Positions 40,875 through 51,703 of a DNA stretch of 64,000 bases are shown piece after piece. The notes under the pieces are model-generated. The model was not told where the DNA came from and searched no databases. It saw only the letters and a list, made by a program, of their open reading frames with translations. The position numbers and the translations under genes are program-made. The DNA lies in contig JBMZBJ010000001.1 in the NCBI GenBank assembly GCA_049612225.1, positions 310,885-374,884 of the forward strand, read 5' to 3'. How positions within the stretch are numbered: position 1 is the first letter of the stretch; every line of letters starts with the position of its first letter. The stretch is from Porticoccaceae bacterium (GTDB lineage: Bacteria > Pseudomonadota > Gammaproteobacteria > Pseudomonadales > Porticoccaceae).

Positions 40875-41048
40875 TTACGGTATTCTTGATGCCAGTTCGT
40901 TCGTGATGTTCTGCATTGTTCCAAGCGCATTGGAACGCTCTATATCTGTTAGGTGAGGATTGGCAAGATGGTTGAAGTATTGTCGATACAGCACTTGCAT
41001 TTCAGGTGTCTTCATCGTTGCCAGCTCAAATCGTGTAAGTAGTTTCAT
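40875..41048 (-). CDS. Hypothetical 57-aa protein (below the ORF-track length cutoff)
   Basis: Hand translation gives MKLLTRFELATMKTPEMQVLYRQYFNHLANPHLTDIERSNALGTMQNITNELASRIP. GGAG ribosome-binding site 7 nt upstream of the ATG. Confidence 0.45.
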   Translation of the reverse strand: MKLLTRFELATMKTPEMQVLYRQYFNHLANPHLTDIERSNALGTMQNITNELASRIP

Positions 41049-41426
41049 TGTTATCTCCGTATGTTGGAGATCGCGTCTATCGCGACCTTTCTTGAGATCG
41101 CGTTGCCAGTCGTTGGGATTTAAAACAGCACCTTCGGCTGGAACCTCAGAGTAAAAGCTTGTCTCAGGCTTGTGGTTTATAAAGTACTTACCCGATCTAT
41201 GGGGATAATACGCACAGCTTAGTCACTCTCATTACACAGGACCCAATGTGGGCGGCGTGTAGCGGCGTCCACACTGCCTATGTTTGAGGAAAATAGTGCA
41301 CAGCTAGGATTTTTTCGTCACATGCGCTCGGTATTTGCGAATTTTCGATCTATTAAGTTTACTTTCCTTTGACGGGCGAAAACCAAATTGCACGCTAAAC
41401 CAAGCAGCTAGCTTGCTGCACACAAA

Positions 41427-41458
41427 CAAAAAAGCCCGAAAGTAAACACTTTCGGGCT
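41427..41458 (-). terminator. Rho-independent terminator currently serving groEL
   Basis: On the minus strand: AGCCCGAAAGtgtttacTTTCGGGCTTTTTT, 35 nt after the groEL TAG. Confidence 0.85.
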
Positions 41459-41492
41459 TTTCAAGCAGCTAGGGCTTAGTAGTAATAATCTA

Positions 41493-43163
<1,671 letters not shown>

Positions 43164-43186
43164 TCAGTTACAAAAATACCTGTTGA

Positions 43187-43480
43187 TTAACCTTCGACTA
43201 CCGCCTTGATATCGCTCTCGCTGAGGATTATCAACTCCTCACCATCGACGTCGATTTTGTCGTTGCCGGCGTACTGGCCGAACACTACAACATCACCAAC
43301 TTTGACATCTACCGCACGAACTTCACCACTGTCGAGGATACGGCCGCTACCCACAGCGACAACTTCTCCACGATTGGGTTTTTCCTGTGCGGAACCTGGC
43401 AGCAAAATACCGCCGGCAGTTTTCTGTTCTTCTTCCTCACGACGCACAATCACTCGATCATGTAATGGGCGAATTTTCAT
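43187..43480 (-). CDS. groES: Co-chaperonin GroES
   Basis: Start trimmed to [14 protein letters not shown], which has a GGAGA ribosome-binding site. 97 aa. Confidence 0.96.
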   Translation of the reverse strand: MKIRPLHDRVIVRREEEEQKTAGGILLPGSAQEKPNRGEVVAVGSGRILDSGEVRAVDVKVGDVVVFGQYAGNDKIDVDGEELIILSESDIKAVVEG

Positions 43481-43554
43481 ACTTTTTATCTCCAAATTAT
43501 CACTGTGCAAAATTCAATATCACCTGCAGGACCTAGGTCTCTGCAACTGCAGTC

Positions 43555-43584
43555 ATATATGGTGTCAGGGTGTGTTTTTTCAAG
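43555..43584 (-). promoter_or_regulatory. Sigma-32 heat-shock promoter candidate for groESL
   Basis: The minus strand reads CTTGAAA-13 nt-CACCATAT against the consensus CTTGAAA-N13/14-CCCCATNT. It lies about 75 nt upstream of groES. Confidence 0.7.
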
Positions 43585-43616
43585 GGCAAAAAAATAAATT
43601 AATTTACCGACTAATT

Positions 43617-44093
43617 TTATTTATCGTCTAACCGCTTAGACTCACTGGCAACATCCCAGGATTCCCCATTAATTGTCTCGCGGCCATCCTGTGAATTCGC
43701 CTGACCGAAAAAGTCAGCGCGGCCCGCGGCGCTGATAGAAGTAATTTTTAACCTGTGTAACAGGGCGCGGATCAGCACTTTTCGAGAAACTGGCACCAAC
43801 CCAATAAAACCCACAACATCGGTGACAAACCCAGGGGTTAACAACAGCGCTCCAGATACCGCCAGAACTATTCCCTCTGCCATCTCCTGTGCCGGAACCT
43901 GGCCCTTCTGCAGTTTCTCTCGACCCCGCCACAGAGTTTCAAAACCCTGTGCTCTCAATAGGACAATTCCCACCACTGCGGTCAGTAGAACCAAGCAAAT
44001 AGTGTTGATAGCGCCTATATGGCCACCTACACTGATCAGTACCCACATTTCGAGGATTGGCATTACAATAAATACTGTTAACAACAGGCGCAT
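43617..44093 (-). CDS. fxsA: Membrane protein FxsA
   Basis: 158 aa. The N-terminus ...FIVMPILEMWVLISVGGHIG... is typical of FxsA, and the gene neighbours groESL as in enterics. Confidence 0.85.
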   Translation of the reverse strand: MRLLLTVFIVMPILEMWVLISVGGHIGAINTICLVLLTAVVGIVLLRAQGFETLWRGREKLQKGQVPAQEMAEGIVLAVSGALLLTPGFVTDVVGFIGLVPVSRKVLIRALLHRLKITSISAAGRADFFGQANSQDGRETINGESWDVASESKRLDDK

Positions 44094-44341
44094 TTCACTT
44101 GCCTCAACTTAGTTACTGGTTGGTTACTGGCGTCAATAGCGTTAGTATTGGGATGATATTAGCATTTTCAATAGGATGTATCTCAGATTCAACCCGGTCG
44201 ACACTGAGCACCAAAGCCCCCGCAGGGGGAGGATAAGCGGATTTTCTATGCAGATACAGCTAGGCAGTGCAGATCCCAAGTGTAACCAGAATAGATTTGC
44301 AAAGATAAATATACTACAAGGGTAATTTCACAAGCCTGTCG

Positions 44342-45916
44342 ATGATAGATACTAGTCAATCAAAGTCACCGCCCACTAAATCTGAGATAGCCGTGGGCTG
44401 GCGGCAGAGCGTTATCTCCCTGGGGCAACCTCCGGTTATCAGCATGTTCTTTCTGGGAATTTCAGCGGGGATTCCCCTGTTACTGATCTTCTCTTCACTG
44501 AGCCTATGGCTGCGCGAGGCCGGTGTAGATCGCTCTGCAGTAACGTACTTTAGTTGGGCGGCGCTGGGGTATTCGTTTAAATTTGTCTGGGCACCGCTGG
44601 TGGATCGCCTATCGCTGCCCTGGCTGACCGATTATTTGGGCCGCCGCCGCGGCTGGTTACTCTTGTCACAACTGATGATTATGCTGTCGATCGGCGCTAT
44701 GGCGGCCATTGATCCCGCCAGCCAGACATTGACAGCGATGGCGATAGCGGCAGTGTTGCTGGGCTTTTCATCAGCCACTCAGGATATTGTGATCGATGCC
44801 TATCGAATAGAATCCGCCCCTGATAATCTTCAGGCACTGATGTCCTCAACCTATGTGGCCGGCTATAGGGTCGGCATGCTGTTAGCCGGTGCCGGTGCGC
44901 TGTTTCTAGCCGCTCATCTGGGATCTACCTCGACGCACTATGACTACGGTGCCTGGCGAACTACTTACTTCACTATGGCCAGTTTGATGGCAATTGGCCT
45001 AGTTACCACGTTGTTAATCACCGAACCGAAGCTATCAAGTGGTGATAACAAAGCCCTGACCCCGCGCAGCGAAACGGGTTTCTTACTACTATTTATCGCG
45101 GCTATTGTAGGATTTATTGGCTGTTACCTATTCAGCGCTAATCTGGCAATTACGCTCAAACAACAACTGGGGACTGTGCTGTTCAACAGTGACTTGAGCG
45201 CCGTGATCATCGAACTATTTCGCCTCACTGCGGCCCTGCTGGTGGCCACTGGAATTGCCAGACTAGCTGTCAGAGTTGGCGTGGTAGAGCTTCAGCATGT
45301 GCAGACAGCTTATTTAGATCCAGTGCGAGATTTCTTCCAGCGCTATGGTCTGCGACTGGCCTGGACGCTGTTAGTTCTAATCGGCTTCTATCGCGTCTCC
45401 GATATTGTATTGGGTGTGATATCCAATGTGTTCTATCAGGATTTGGGTTACAGCAAAACTACCATTGCCCAAGCAGTAAAACTATTTGGGCTATTGATGA
45501 CAATCGTCGGCGGGTTGCTGGGCGGCATTATGGCGTTGCGCTTTGGCGTGATCAGGATGCTATTGCTAGGTGCGGTACTGTCGTCGCTGACCAATCTGCT
45601 GTTTGTGGTGTTGGCTCAGGCCGATCATGACCTGAACCTGTTATATCTGGTAATCGCCGCTGATAATTTATCCGCCGGCCTGGCCTCCGCCGCTTTTATT
45701 GCCTTTCTTTCTAGCCTGACCAATATCTCATTTACTGCCACCCAGTACGCTATTTTTAGCTCGCTGATGACCTTGATGCCCAAGGCACTGGGCGGCTACT
45801 CCGGATCCATTGTCGACGCGGTGGGCTATGAGACATTCTTCACCTTCAGCGCACTGATCGGGCTACCGGTTATAGCACTGATATTTGCTGTCAGTAGACT
45901 AATCGCCAAAGACTAA
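44342..45916 (+). CDS. ampG: AmpG family muropeptide MFS permease
   Basis: 524 aa polytopic MFS protein (...LREAGVDRSAVTYFSWAALGYSFKFVWAPLVDR...), next to ampD. Confidence 0.85.
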   Translation: MIDTSQSKSPPTKSEIAVGWRQSVISLGQPPVISMFFLGISAGIPLLLIFSSLSLWLREAGVDRSAVTYFSWAALGYSFKFVWAPLVDRLSLPWLTDYLGRRRGWLLLSQLMIMLSIGAMAAIDPASQTLTAMAIAAVLLGFSSATQDIVIDAYRIESAPDNLQALMSSTYVAGYRVGMLLAGAGALFLAAHLGSTSTHYDYGAWRTTYFTMASLMAIGLVTTLLITEPKLSSGDNKALTPRSETGFLLLFIAAIVGFIGCYLFSANLAITLKQQLGTVLFNSDLSAVIIELFRLTAALLVATGIARLAVRVGVVELQHVQTAYLDPVRDFFQRYGLRLAWTLLVLIGFYRVSDIVLGVISNVFYQDLGYSKTTIAQAVKLFGLLMTIVGGLLGGIMALRFGVIRMLLLGAVLSSLTNLLFVVLAQADHDLNLLYLVIAADNLSAGLASAAFIAFLSSLTNISFTATQYAIFSSLMTLMPKALGGYSGSIVDAVGYETFFTFSALIGLPVIALIFAVSRLIAKD

Positions 45917-46476
45917 TCGCCAAGCAACTCACTCAAATCCTGGCGATAGCGCTGCCAATCAAAGGCGGGGCCCGGATCAGTTTTGCGACCTGGGGCTATA
46001 TCACTATGACCGACAATACGCTCTCGTGTTATCTGTGGGTATTGGGTCATCAGTAGACGGCTGATTGCGCTAAGACTTTGATACTGTTGCGCTGTATAGT
46101 CGATATGGTCGGCACCCTCGAGCTCAATTCCAATGGAAAAATCATTGCACTGGGTACGATCGGCAAACTGCGAGACCCCGGCATGCCAGGCGCGTCGATC
46201 GAAAGATACAAACTGAGTCAGTTGGCCATCGCGATCGATCAACAGATGAGATGAGACTTTTAGTTGGTGAATCTGTTGAAAATAGGGATGCTCTGCAGGG
46301 TCCAGACAGTTACTGAATAATTGGCTTATGTAGGGCCCACCAAATTGCTCTGGGGGCAAGCTAATATTGTGGATAACCAGCAAGCTGATATCTGTGGGCG
46401 ATGGACGGCTGTCTGCATTGGGGGATTCAACCCTGTTGAAATTGCAGTTTTCGAGCCAACCTTGCACTATTTTCAT
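45913..46476 (-). CDS. ampD: 1,6-anhydro-N-acetylmuramyl-L-alanine amidase AmpD
   Basis: 187 aa amidase_2 fold (...LLVIHNISLPP..., RAWHAGVS, ...GHSDIAPGRKTDPG). Confidence 0.9.
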   Translation of the reverse strand: MKIVQGWLENCNFNRVESPNADSRPSPTDISLLVIHNISLPPEQFGGPYISQLFSNCLDPAEHPYFQQIHQLKVSSHLLIDRDGQLTQFVSFDRRAWHAGVSQFADRTQCNDFSIGIELEGADHIDYTAQQYQSLSAISRLLMTQYPQITRERIVGHSDIAPGRKTDPGPAFDWQRYRQDLSELLGD

Positions 46477-46622
46477 TGTCGATTCTCTACCCTACTTGGA
46501 ACATACCGCAACCCGTTAGCGGCAATGCTGCAACTGTATTATCTCAGATAACTGGATAGGGATAAAACAGGGGAAACTGCTATAATCGCCGCCCTCCACT
46601 GATAACAATTGGTTAAACCGCA

Positions 46623-47474
46623 ATGACGGCAATCGATATACCCCAGGCACTTTTAGACGACATCCCTGAAATTGTGGCCCGCGCCATTGAGGAGGATAGA
46701 GGATCTGGCGATATCACTGCCGAATTGATCCCTGCAACCAAACAGGTCACCGCCAGCGTGATATCACGAGAGGCGGCAATTATCTGCGGTCGCCCCTGGG
46801 TGGATGAGGTGTTTAGACAATTAGATTCCAGCCTTGCCATTGAGTGGCATATTCTGGAGGGTGCTGAAGTCGAGGCCGATCAATCGCTGTTTACAATCAG
46901 TGGTAATGGGCGGGCAATTCTCACCGGCGAGCGCTGCGCCCTTAACTTTCTGCAAACTCTGTCGGCCACGGCGACCACTGCCCGTGAATATGCCAACTTG
47001 GCCGCAGGTTCCGATATCAGGATTCTAGATACCAGAAAGACCATCCCCGGGCTGCGCCTAGCGCAGAAATATGCGGTGTTGGTAGGCGGCTGTCACAACC
47101 ACCGTATCGGCCTGTACGATGCGTTTTTAATCAAGGAAAATCATATTATCGCCTGTGGCGGCATTCCCCAAGCAGTGGCCAAGGCACGCCAGATCGCTCC
47201 CGCAAAGACTGTCGAGGTGGAAGTGGAATCGCTGTCAGAACTACAGCAGGCGGTGGATGCCGGCGCCGATGTGGCCATGCTAGATAACTTCTCTACCGAT
47301 CAGTTGTCGGCGTTAAAAACCTTCGACTTGGGCACTACTAAAATCGAGGTCTCAGGAAACATTACCCAGCAGTCAATACCAGCGTATCGAGGTCTGCCCA
47401 TAGACTATATTTCTACCGGCAGTCTGACCAAGCATATTCGCGCTATTGATCTATCGATGCGCCTGGCGGACTAG
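46623..47474 (+). CDS. nadC: Nicotinate-nucleotide diphosphorylase (carboxylating)
   Basis: 283 aa (...LDTRKT.PGLR...KYAV..GG..NHR.GL.D..LIKENH...). Confidence 0.92.
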   Translation: MTAIDIPQALLDDIPEIVARAIEEDRGSGDITAELIPATKQVTASVISREAAIICGRPWVDEVFRQLDSSLAIEWHILEGAEVEADQSLFTISGNGRAILTGERCALNFLQTLSATATTAREYANLAAGSDIRILDTRKTIPGLRLAQKYAVLVGGCHNHRIGLYDAFLIKENHIIACGGIPQAVAKARQIAPAKTVEVEVESLSELQQAVDAGADVAMLDNFSTDQLSALKTFDLGTTKIEVSGNITQQSIPAYRGLPIDYISTGSLTKHIRAIDLSMRLAD

Positions 47475-47480
47475 CCCCAG

Positions 47481-47936
47481 TTAGCACAGCTCGCCGCGAG
47501 AGCACTCGCCGTCATCCCATTGAATTCGACCATTGGCGTCCAAAGTGCCCTTCAGGGTATAGTTAGCACCGTCATTCTGCGAGTTGGTCGGCGCTGTGGC
47601 GGTGATAATAAAAGTATCGTCCTCGGCAGTATCATCTTCCTTCCCGGGCGCAGTTCCGGTCAGTGCCAACCCCACTGTATCGGCTCCTACCGGCACATCC
47701 TCAGGAATACCATGACTATTGTTGCCACAGGCATTGGCATTGGCCAAGCCCATGGTCTGCACACAGAGATCGACACTGACTTTGATTGGCCCCACCGCCA
47801 TTTTAGTTTCGACAAACTCGGCCTTAGCAATAAAATTGCGATAGCCGGGAACTGCCACCAGTGCAAGCACGCTAATAATGACAATCACTGTCATCAGTTC
47901 TATCAGGGAAAACCCCCGGTGATTTTTTTCTACCAT
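47481..47936 (-). CDS. pilA: Type IV pilin (PilA-like major pilin)
   Basis: Start trimmed to MVEKNHRG/FSLIELMTVIVII, a class III signal peptide with Gly-1, Phe+1 and Glu+5. It has a C-terminal Cys pair (GECSRGELC). Confidence 0.85.
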   Translation of the reverse strand: MVEKNHRGFSLIELMTVIVIISVLALVAVPGYRNFIAKAEFVETKMAVGPIKVSVDLCVQTMGLANANACGNNSHGIPEDVPVGADTVGLALTGTAPGKEDDTAEDDTFIITATAPTNSQNDGANYTLKGTLDANGRIQWDDGECSRGELC

Positions 47937-48182
47937 TTTGCAACCCACGTTAAATTACCAGCCGTTAAACAGCCCTAGCCCCAAAAATAGCAGGGTAGCT
48001 GTTATTACCATTGCCTCCTCAGAGGTTGAGGCCATTTCTCTTCCATCACATTAGCCCTTCTAATAATTTAGACCAATTTGAACCTCGATTAATTATCAAC
48101 CTGCTGTTTTGTGACGCGGGTCACAATATATTTGCCAATTGCTATAGTTATCACTGTCTCCACCATGGGTAGTCCTGCGATC

Positions 48183-49394
48183 ATGTCCTCCACTAGACGA
48201 CAGCTATTTATTTACTCGGGCAATAACAGTCAAGGCCATAGGGTCAAGGGTCAGTTGCGAGCGCAAAATATTGAATGGGCCAGGCACAAACTGCGCAGAC
48301 AGGGCATCAGGGTCAAATCGATAAAGCGATCGAGAAAGTATGCATTCACAGCTGGGCGTAGTCTCTCGCCCTCAGATATCGTCTTGTTTACCCGACAGTT
48401 GAGTACCCTGGTAAAGGTTGGAATACCGCTTAGCAGAAGCTTTGATATCTTATCTGCCAGCACGCAAAAGGCTGTGATGAAAATGCTAATTGCCGAGTTA
48501 AAAGAGGATATAGGGACAGGGGAGAGTTTTGCCAGGGCACTGCGCAAACATCCGCAGCAGTTTGATACGCTGTACTGCAATATGGTGGAGTCCGGTGAGT
48601 TATCCGGCAGATTGCCCACTGTCTTAGAGCGCCTTGCCAGTTATCAAGAGCAGTCGGAAAAGCTGCGCAAAACTATTAAAAAGGCCCTGACCTACCCCTG
48701 TATTGTCACAGTTGTGGCCCTGTTGGTGACTGCGGTGATGTTAATTAAAGTGATTCCAGAATTTGCCCAGACATTTTCCGAGCTGGGCGCTGAACTGCCA
48801 GCCTTAACGCTATTCGTGTTGAATCTATCCCACCAGGTTCAGCAACTGTGGCTCTCCACGGTACTGGGTGCCGTTATCCTTTGCGGCGTTTTTACGGTGG
48901 TAATCAGGCAGTCGATAGGGTTTTCTTACACTGTAGATAGGCTTTTATTGCAATTGCCCGGCATTGGCAAACTCATCAAACTGGCGATTTTAGCCAGATT
49001 TTCACGCACACTGGCCACCACCTTCAACGCTGGGGTGCCGATCTTAGATGCCCTGCAATCGGCCGCAAGTACTGCAGGCAACGCACTCTATGCAAAGGGC
49101 ATACTGACCCTGCGACAAGATTTAATTCAGGGAGTCTCACTGCAGCGTGCGGTACATCGACAATCAATCTTTCCCCTAGCGCTGCAACAGATGATTATTG
49201 TCGGCGAGGAGTCGGGAACTCTGGGGCAGATTCTGGACAGAGCTGGGCGACTCTACGAGCAGGATATGCAACTCTCAGTGGATACCCTAGTGCAGCTAAC
49301 CGAGCCCCTGGTAATGCTAGTGTTGGGTCTGTTGGTCGGCACTTTATTGCTGGCTATGTATATGCCAGTTTTTGAGTTGGGCTCGATACTTTAA
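48183..49394 (+). CDS. pilC: Type IV pilus assembly platform protein PilC
   Basis: GspF/PilC family with a duplicated domain and three TM segments. Start chosen at MSSTRRQLFIYSG, but the ATG at 48165 is also possible. Confidence 0.88.
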   Translation: MSSTRRQLFIYSGNNSQGHRVKGQLRAQNIEWARHKLRRQGIRVKSIKRSRKYAFTAGRSLSPSDIVLFTRQLSTLVKVGIPLSRSFDILSASTQKAVMKMLIAELKEDIGTGESFARALRKHPQQFDTLYCNMVESGELSGRLPTVLERLASYQEQSEKLRKTIKKALTYPCIVTVVALLVTAVMLIKVIPEFAQTFSELGAELPALTLFVLNLSHQVQQLWLSTVLGAVILCGVFTVVIRQSIGFSYTVDRLLLQLPGIGKLIKLAILARFSRTLATTFNAGVPILDALQSAASTAGNALYAKGILTLRQDLIQGVSLQRAVHRQSIFPLALQQMIIVGEESGTLGQILDRAGRLYEQDMQLSVDTLVQLTEPLVMLVLGLLVGTLLLAMYMPVFELGSIL

Positions 49395-49536
49395 AAGCCC
49401 ACTGACAAGACTGAGGAAAAAGCGGGTTTGCGATCATACAACCAGCATTGATAGCATCAAATTGCACTTGCTCCAGAACTTGGTATATTGAGTCTGTGGC
49501 AACTGGATATCAACAAGCGGATACAAGCGACACGAA

Positions 49537-50382
49537 ATGATAATCGACTTAGGTTTTTCACCCATCTCACTAGCGCTGATCGGCCTGTTATTGGGCGCTA
49601 TTATCGGCAGCTTCCTCAATGTGGTGGTTATCCGTCTACCCCGGATAATGGAGGCCCAGTGGACAAGGGATAGTAGGGAATTTTTGAATCTGAACCCTGT
49701 GGACCAACCCACTCTTAACCTGTCTAAACCAGGGTCTCACTGCCCCCATTGCCAGAATCCAATAAAGCCAGCTCACAATATCCCCATTCTCAGTTTTCTG
49801 TTTCTGAGAGGTCGCTGCCATCATTGCGGTGCATCCATATCACCGCAGTATCCAATTGTTGAAATGCTAACTGCCGTAGTGACTGCTTACTATGTAATGC
49901 AATTTGGTATCAGTACCACGGCATTGGCCAGCATATTATTCACCTGTGCATTGATCGTTTTAACTCTAATAGATTACCGCGAACAGCTTCTGCCCGATCA
50001 GATTACCCTGCCGCTGTTGTGGCTGGGTTTGTTAGTTAATCTGAGCGGCCTGTTTACCACCCCAGAGGACGGCATTATCGGTGCGGCACTGGGCTATCTC
50101 TGCCTGTGGTCGGTATACTGGTTATTTAAGCTGATTACCGGCAGAGAGGGTATGGGCTACGGTGACTTTAAGCTCAATGCGGCTCTGGGTGCTTGGCTCG
50201 GCTGGCAGATGGTGCCCGTGGTGATTTTACTGGCCTCCCTGCTGGGCATGGTGGTGGGTTGCTATGGGATTTTTTTTGCCGGCAGGGATAGAGACGCTCC
50301 GCTCGCCTTTGGACCCTATCTGTGCATCGCCGGCTGGATTGCCATGCTGTGGGGTGATAGCATCTCCCTCTACCTCTTCTAA
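49537..50382 (+). CDS. pilD: Prepilin peptidase / N-methyltransferase PilD
   Basis: CPHC...CHHC zinc motif, and the GMGYGDFKL aspartyl protease motif. Confidence 0.92.
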   Translation: MIIDLGFSPISLALIGLLLGAIIGSFLNVVVIRLPRIMEAQWTRDSREFLNLNPVDQPTLNLSKPGSHCPHCQNPIKPAHNIPILSFLFLRGRCHHCGASISPQYPIVEMLTAVVTAYYVMQFGISTTALASILFTCALIVLTLIDYREQLLPDQITLPLLWLGLLVNLSGLFTTPEDGIIGAALGYLCLWSVYWLFKLITGREGMGYGDFKLNAALGAWLGWQMVPVVILLASLLGMVVGCYGIFFAGRDRDAPLAFGPYLCIAGWIAMLWGDSISLYLF

Positions 50383-50409
50383 TTATCAATATCGTAAAGC
50401 GAGATTCAA

Positions 50410-51060
50410 TTGACTTCACAGCAACTGGCCATAGGATTAACCGGCGGTATAGGCAGTGGCAAGAGCACTGTGGCCGCGGCCTTTCGCGATCTCGGGATAA
50501 AAGTTGTCGATGCAGATCAAGCCTCGCGGGCGGTGGTAGAGCCGGGATCTAGCGCGTTGCAGGCAATAGATAATCACTTTGCCCAGCGATACCCGGACCG
50601 CTCTGTGATATTGCCCAGCGGCGAGCTCAATAGACCCGCTCTGCGCGAGATAATTTTTGCCGATGCCGATGAAAAACACTGGCTGGAACAGTTACTCCAT
50701 CCATTGATAGAACAATGGATTATTAGTGAATTACACAGTGCCGGTTCCAGCCCCTATGTTATTCTGGAGTCACCACTATTGTTGGAGACAGGTCAACAGC
50801 ATCTAGTGGATGGCGTATTGCTGGTCGATATTCCCCCTGAGTTACAATTGCAGCGAGCCAGCCACAGAGATGGCACCACTACGGAGCAGATTCAGGCAAT
50901 TATCAATACCCAGATGAGCCGCGAACAGCGCCGAGAGCGCGCTGATTGGATTATTGATAATACTGAAGATGCGGCAACCGCAACTCTAGTCCCGAGAGTG
51001 CAAGAGTTACATCAGGTATTTCTGGATAGAATCGAACAATCGACACCAAGTGAGGGTTAA
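50410..51060 (+). CDS. coaE: Dephospho-CoA kinase
   Basis: GLTGGIGSGKST P-loop. It follows pilD, as in Pseudomonas. TTG start in the track. Confidence 0.9.
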   Translation: MTSQQLAIGLTGGIGSGKSTVAAAFRDLGIKVVDADQASRAVVEPGSSALQAIDNHFAQRYPDRSVILPSGELNRPALREIIFADADEKHWLEQLLHPLIEQWIISELHSAGSSPYVILESPLLLETGQQHLVDGVLLVDIPPELQLQRASHRDGTTTEQIQAIINTQMSREQRRERADWIIDNTEDAATATLVPRVQELHQVFLDRIEQSTPSEG

Positions 51061-51247
51061 TGTGAGCAAACCATCCTCTTTCAACTGCCCAACTTGTCAG
51101 CAGGCGATTGTCTGGAGCGATGACTTTCCCCACCGACCTTTCTGCTCCGCCCGCTGCAAACAGATAGATTTTGGCGACTGGGCTACCGAGCGCTTTAGTA
51201 TTGTCGGTGATCCGGCTGCGCCTGAAGATATTGCAGAGAAATCGTAA
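51050..51247 (+). CDS. yacG: DNA gyrase inhibitor YacG (zinc-binding)
   Basis: CPTC...CSARCKQIDFGDW. The start is either the GTG at 51050 or the in-frame GTG at 51062, just after the coaE stop. Confidence 0.85.
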   Translation: MRVNVSKPSSFNCPTCQQAIVWSDDFPHRPFCSARCKQIDFGDWATERFSIVGDPAAPEDIAEKS

Positions 51248-51269
51248 AACTAGGCTGTGGCGCCGATTT

Positions 51270-51701
51270 CTATAAATTTCTTAACTTGTCGAGAATAGGC
51301 AGATTGGCTTCGGGAAAGCGATAGCTGCTCGACACCGATAACAACTCTGCTTCTGCAACCCAGCGGCACTCCTGTCCCTCTCTGCCCGTGGGCTGTCCGC
51401 GAAAGGCGGTAACGCTCCAGATATCTAGCTGAACCTGCCGATCGCTATAGCTGTGGCTGAGCTGCAAAAAGGGCTGGGCTGCGGTGACGTCGATACCCAG
51501 TTCCTCTCCAAGTTCCCTAACCAGTGCCTGATAGGGGGTTTCACCGGCCTCAATTTTGCCACCGGGAAATTCCCATAATCCCCCCTGATGCCGGTGGGCT
51601 GAGCGCTTGGAGATCAGAATCTGTCTGGGCCTGTGGACACTGTAAATAATCGCGGCCACCACGGGTATGGGGCTGTTGTGGTTGGGTATTGCGTCCGCCA
51701 C
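51270..51701 (-). CDS. mutT: 8-oxo-dGTP diphosphatase (NUDIX hydrolase MutT)
   Basis: Nudix box GGKIEAGETPYQALVRELGEELGI. Confidence 0.85.
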   Translation of the reverse strand: MADAIPNHNSPIPVVAAIIYSVHRPRQILISKRSAHRHQGGLWEFPGGKIEAGETPYQALVRELGEELGIDVTAAQPFLQLSHSYSDRQVQLDIWSVTAFRGQPTGREGQECRWVAEAELLSVSSSYRFPEANLPILDKLRNL

Positions 51702-51703
51702 CG

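Noticed and set aside
40960-41154. 64-aa ORF on the plus strand
   Set aside because: It overlaps the 57-aa minus-strand ORF, which has a proper ribosome-binding site. The plus-strand product is Cys/Arg/Ser-rich with no upstream signal.
48111-48182. N-terminal extension of the pilC ORF (VTRVT...), vaguely reminiscent of a PilB C-terminus
   Set aside because: Only a 5-residue resemblance, with a stop codon immediately upstream in that frame. It is more simply explained as ORF-finder over-extension.
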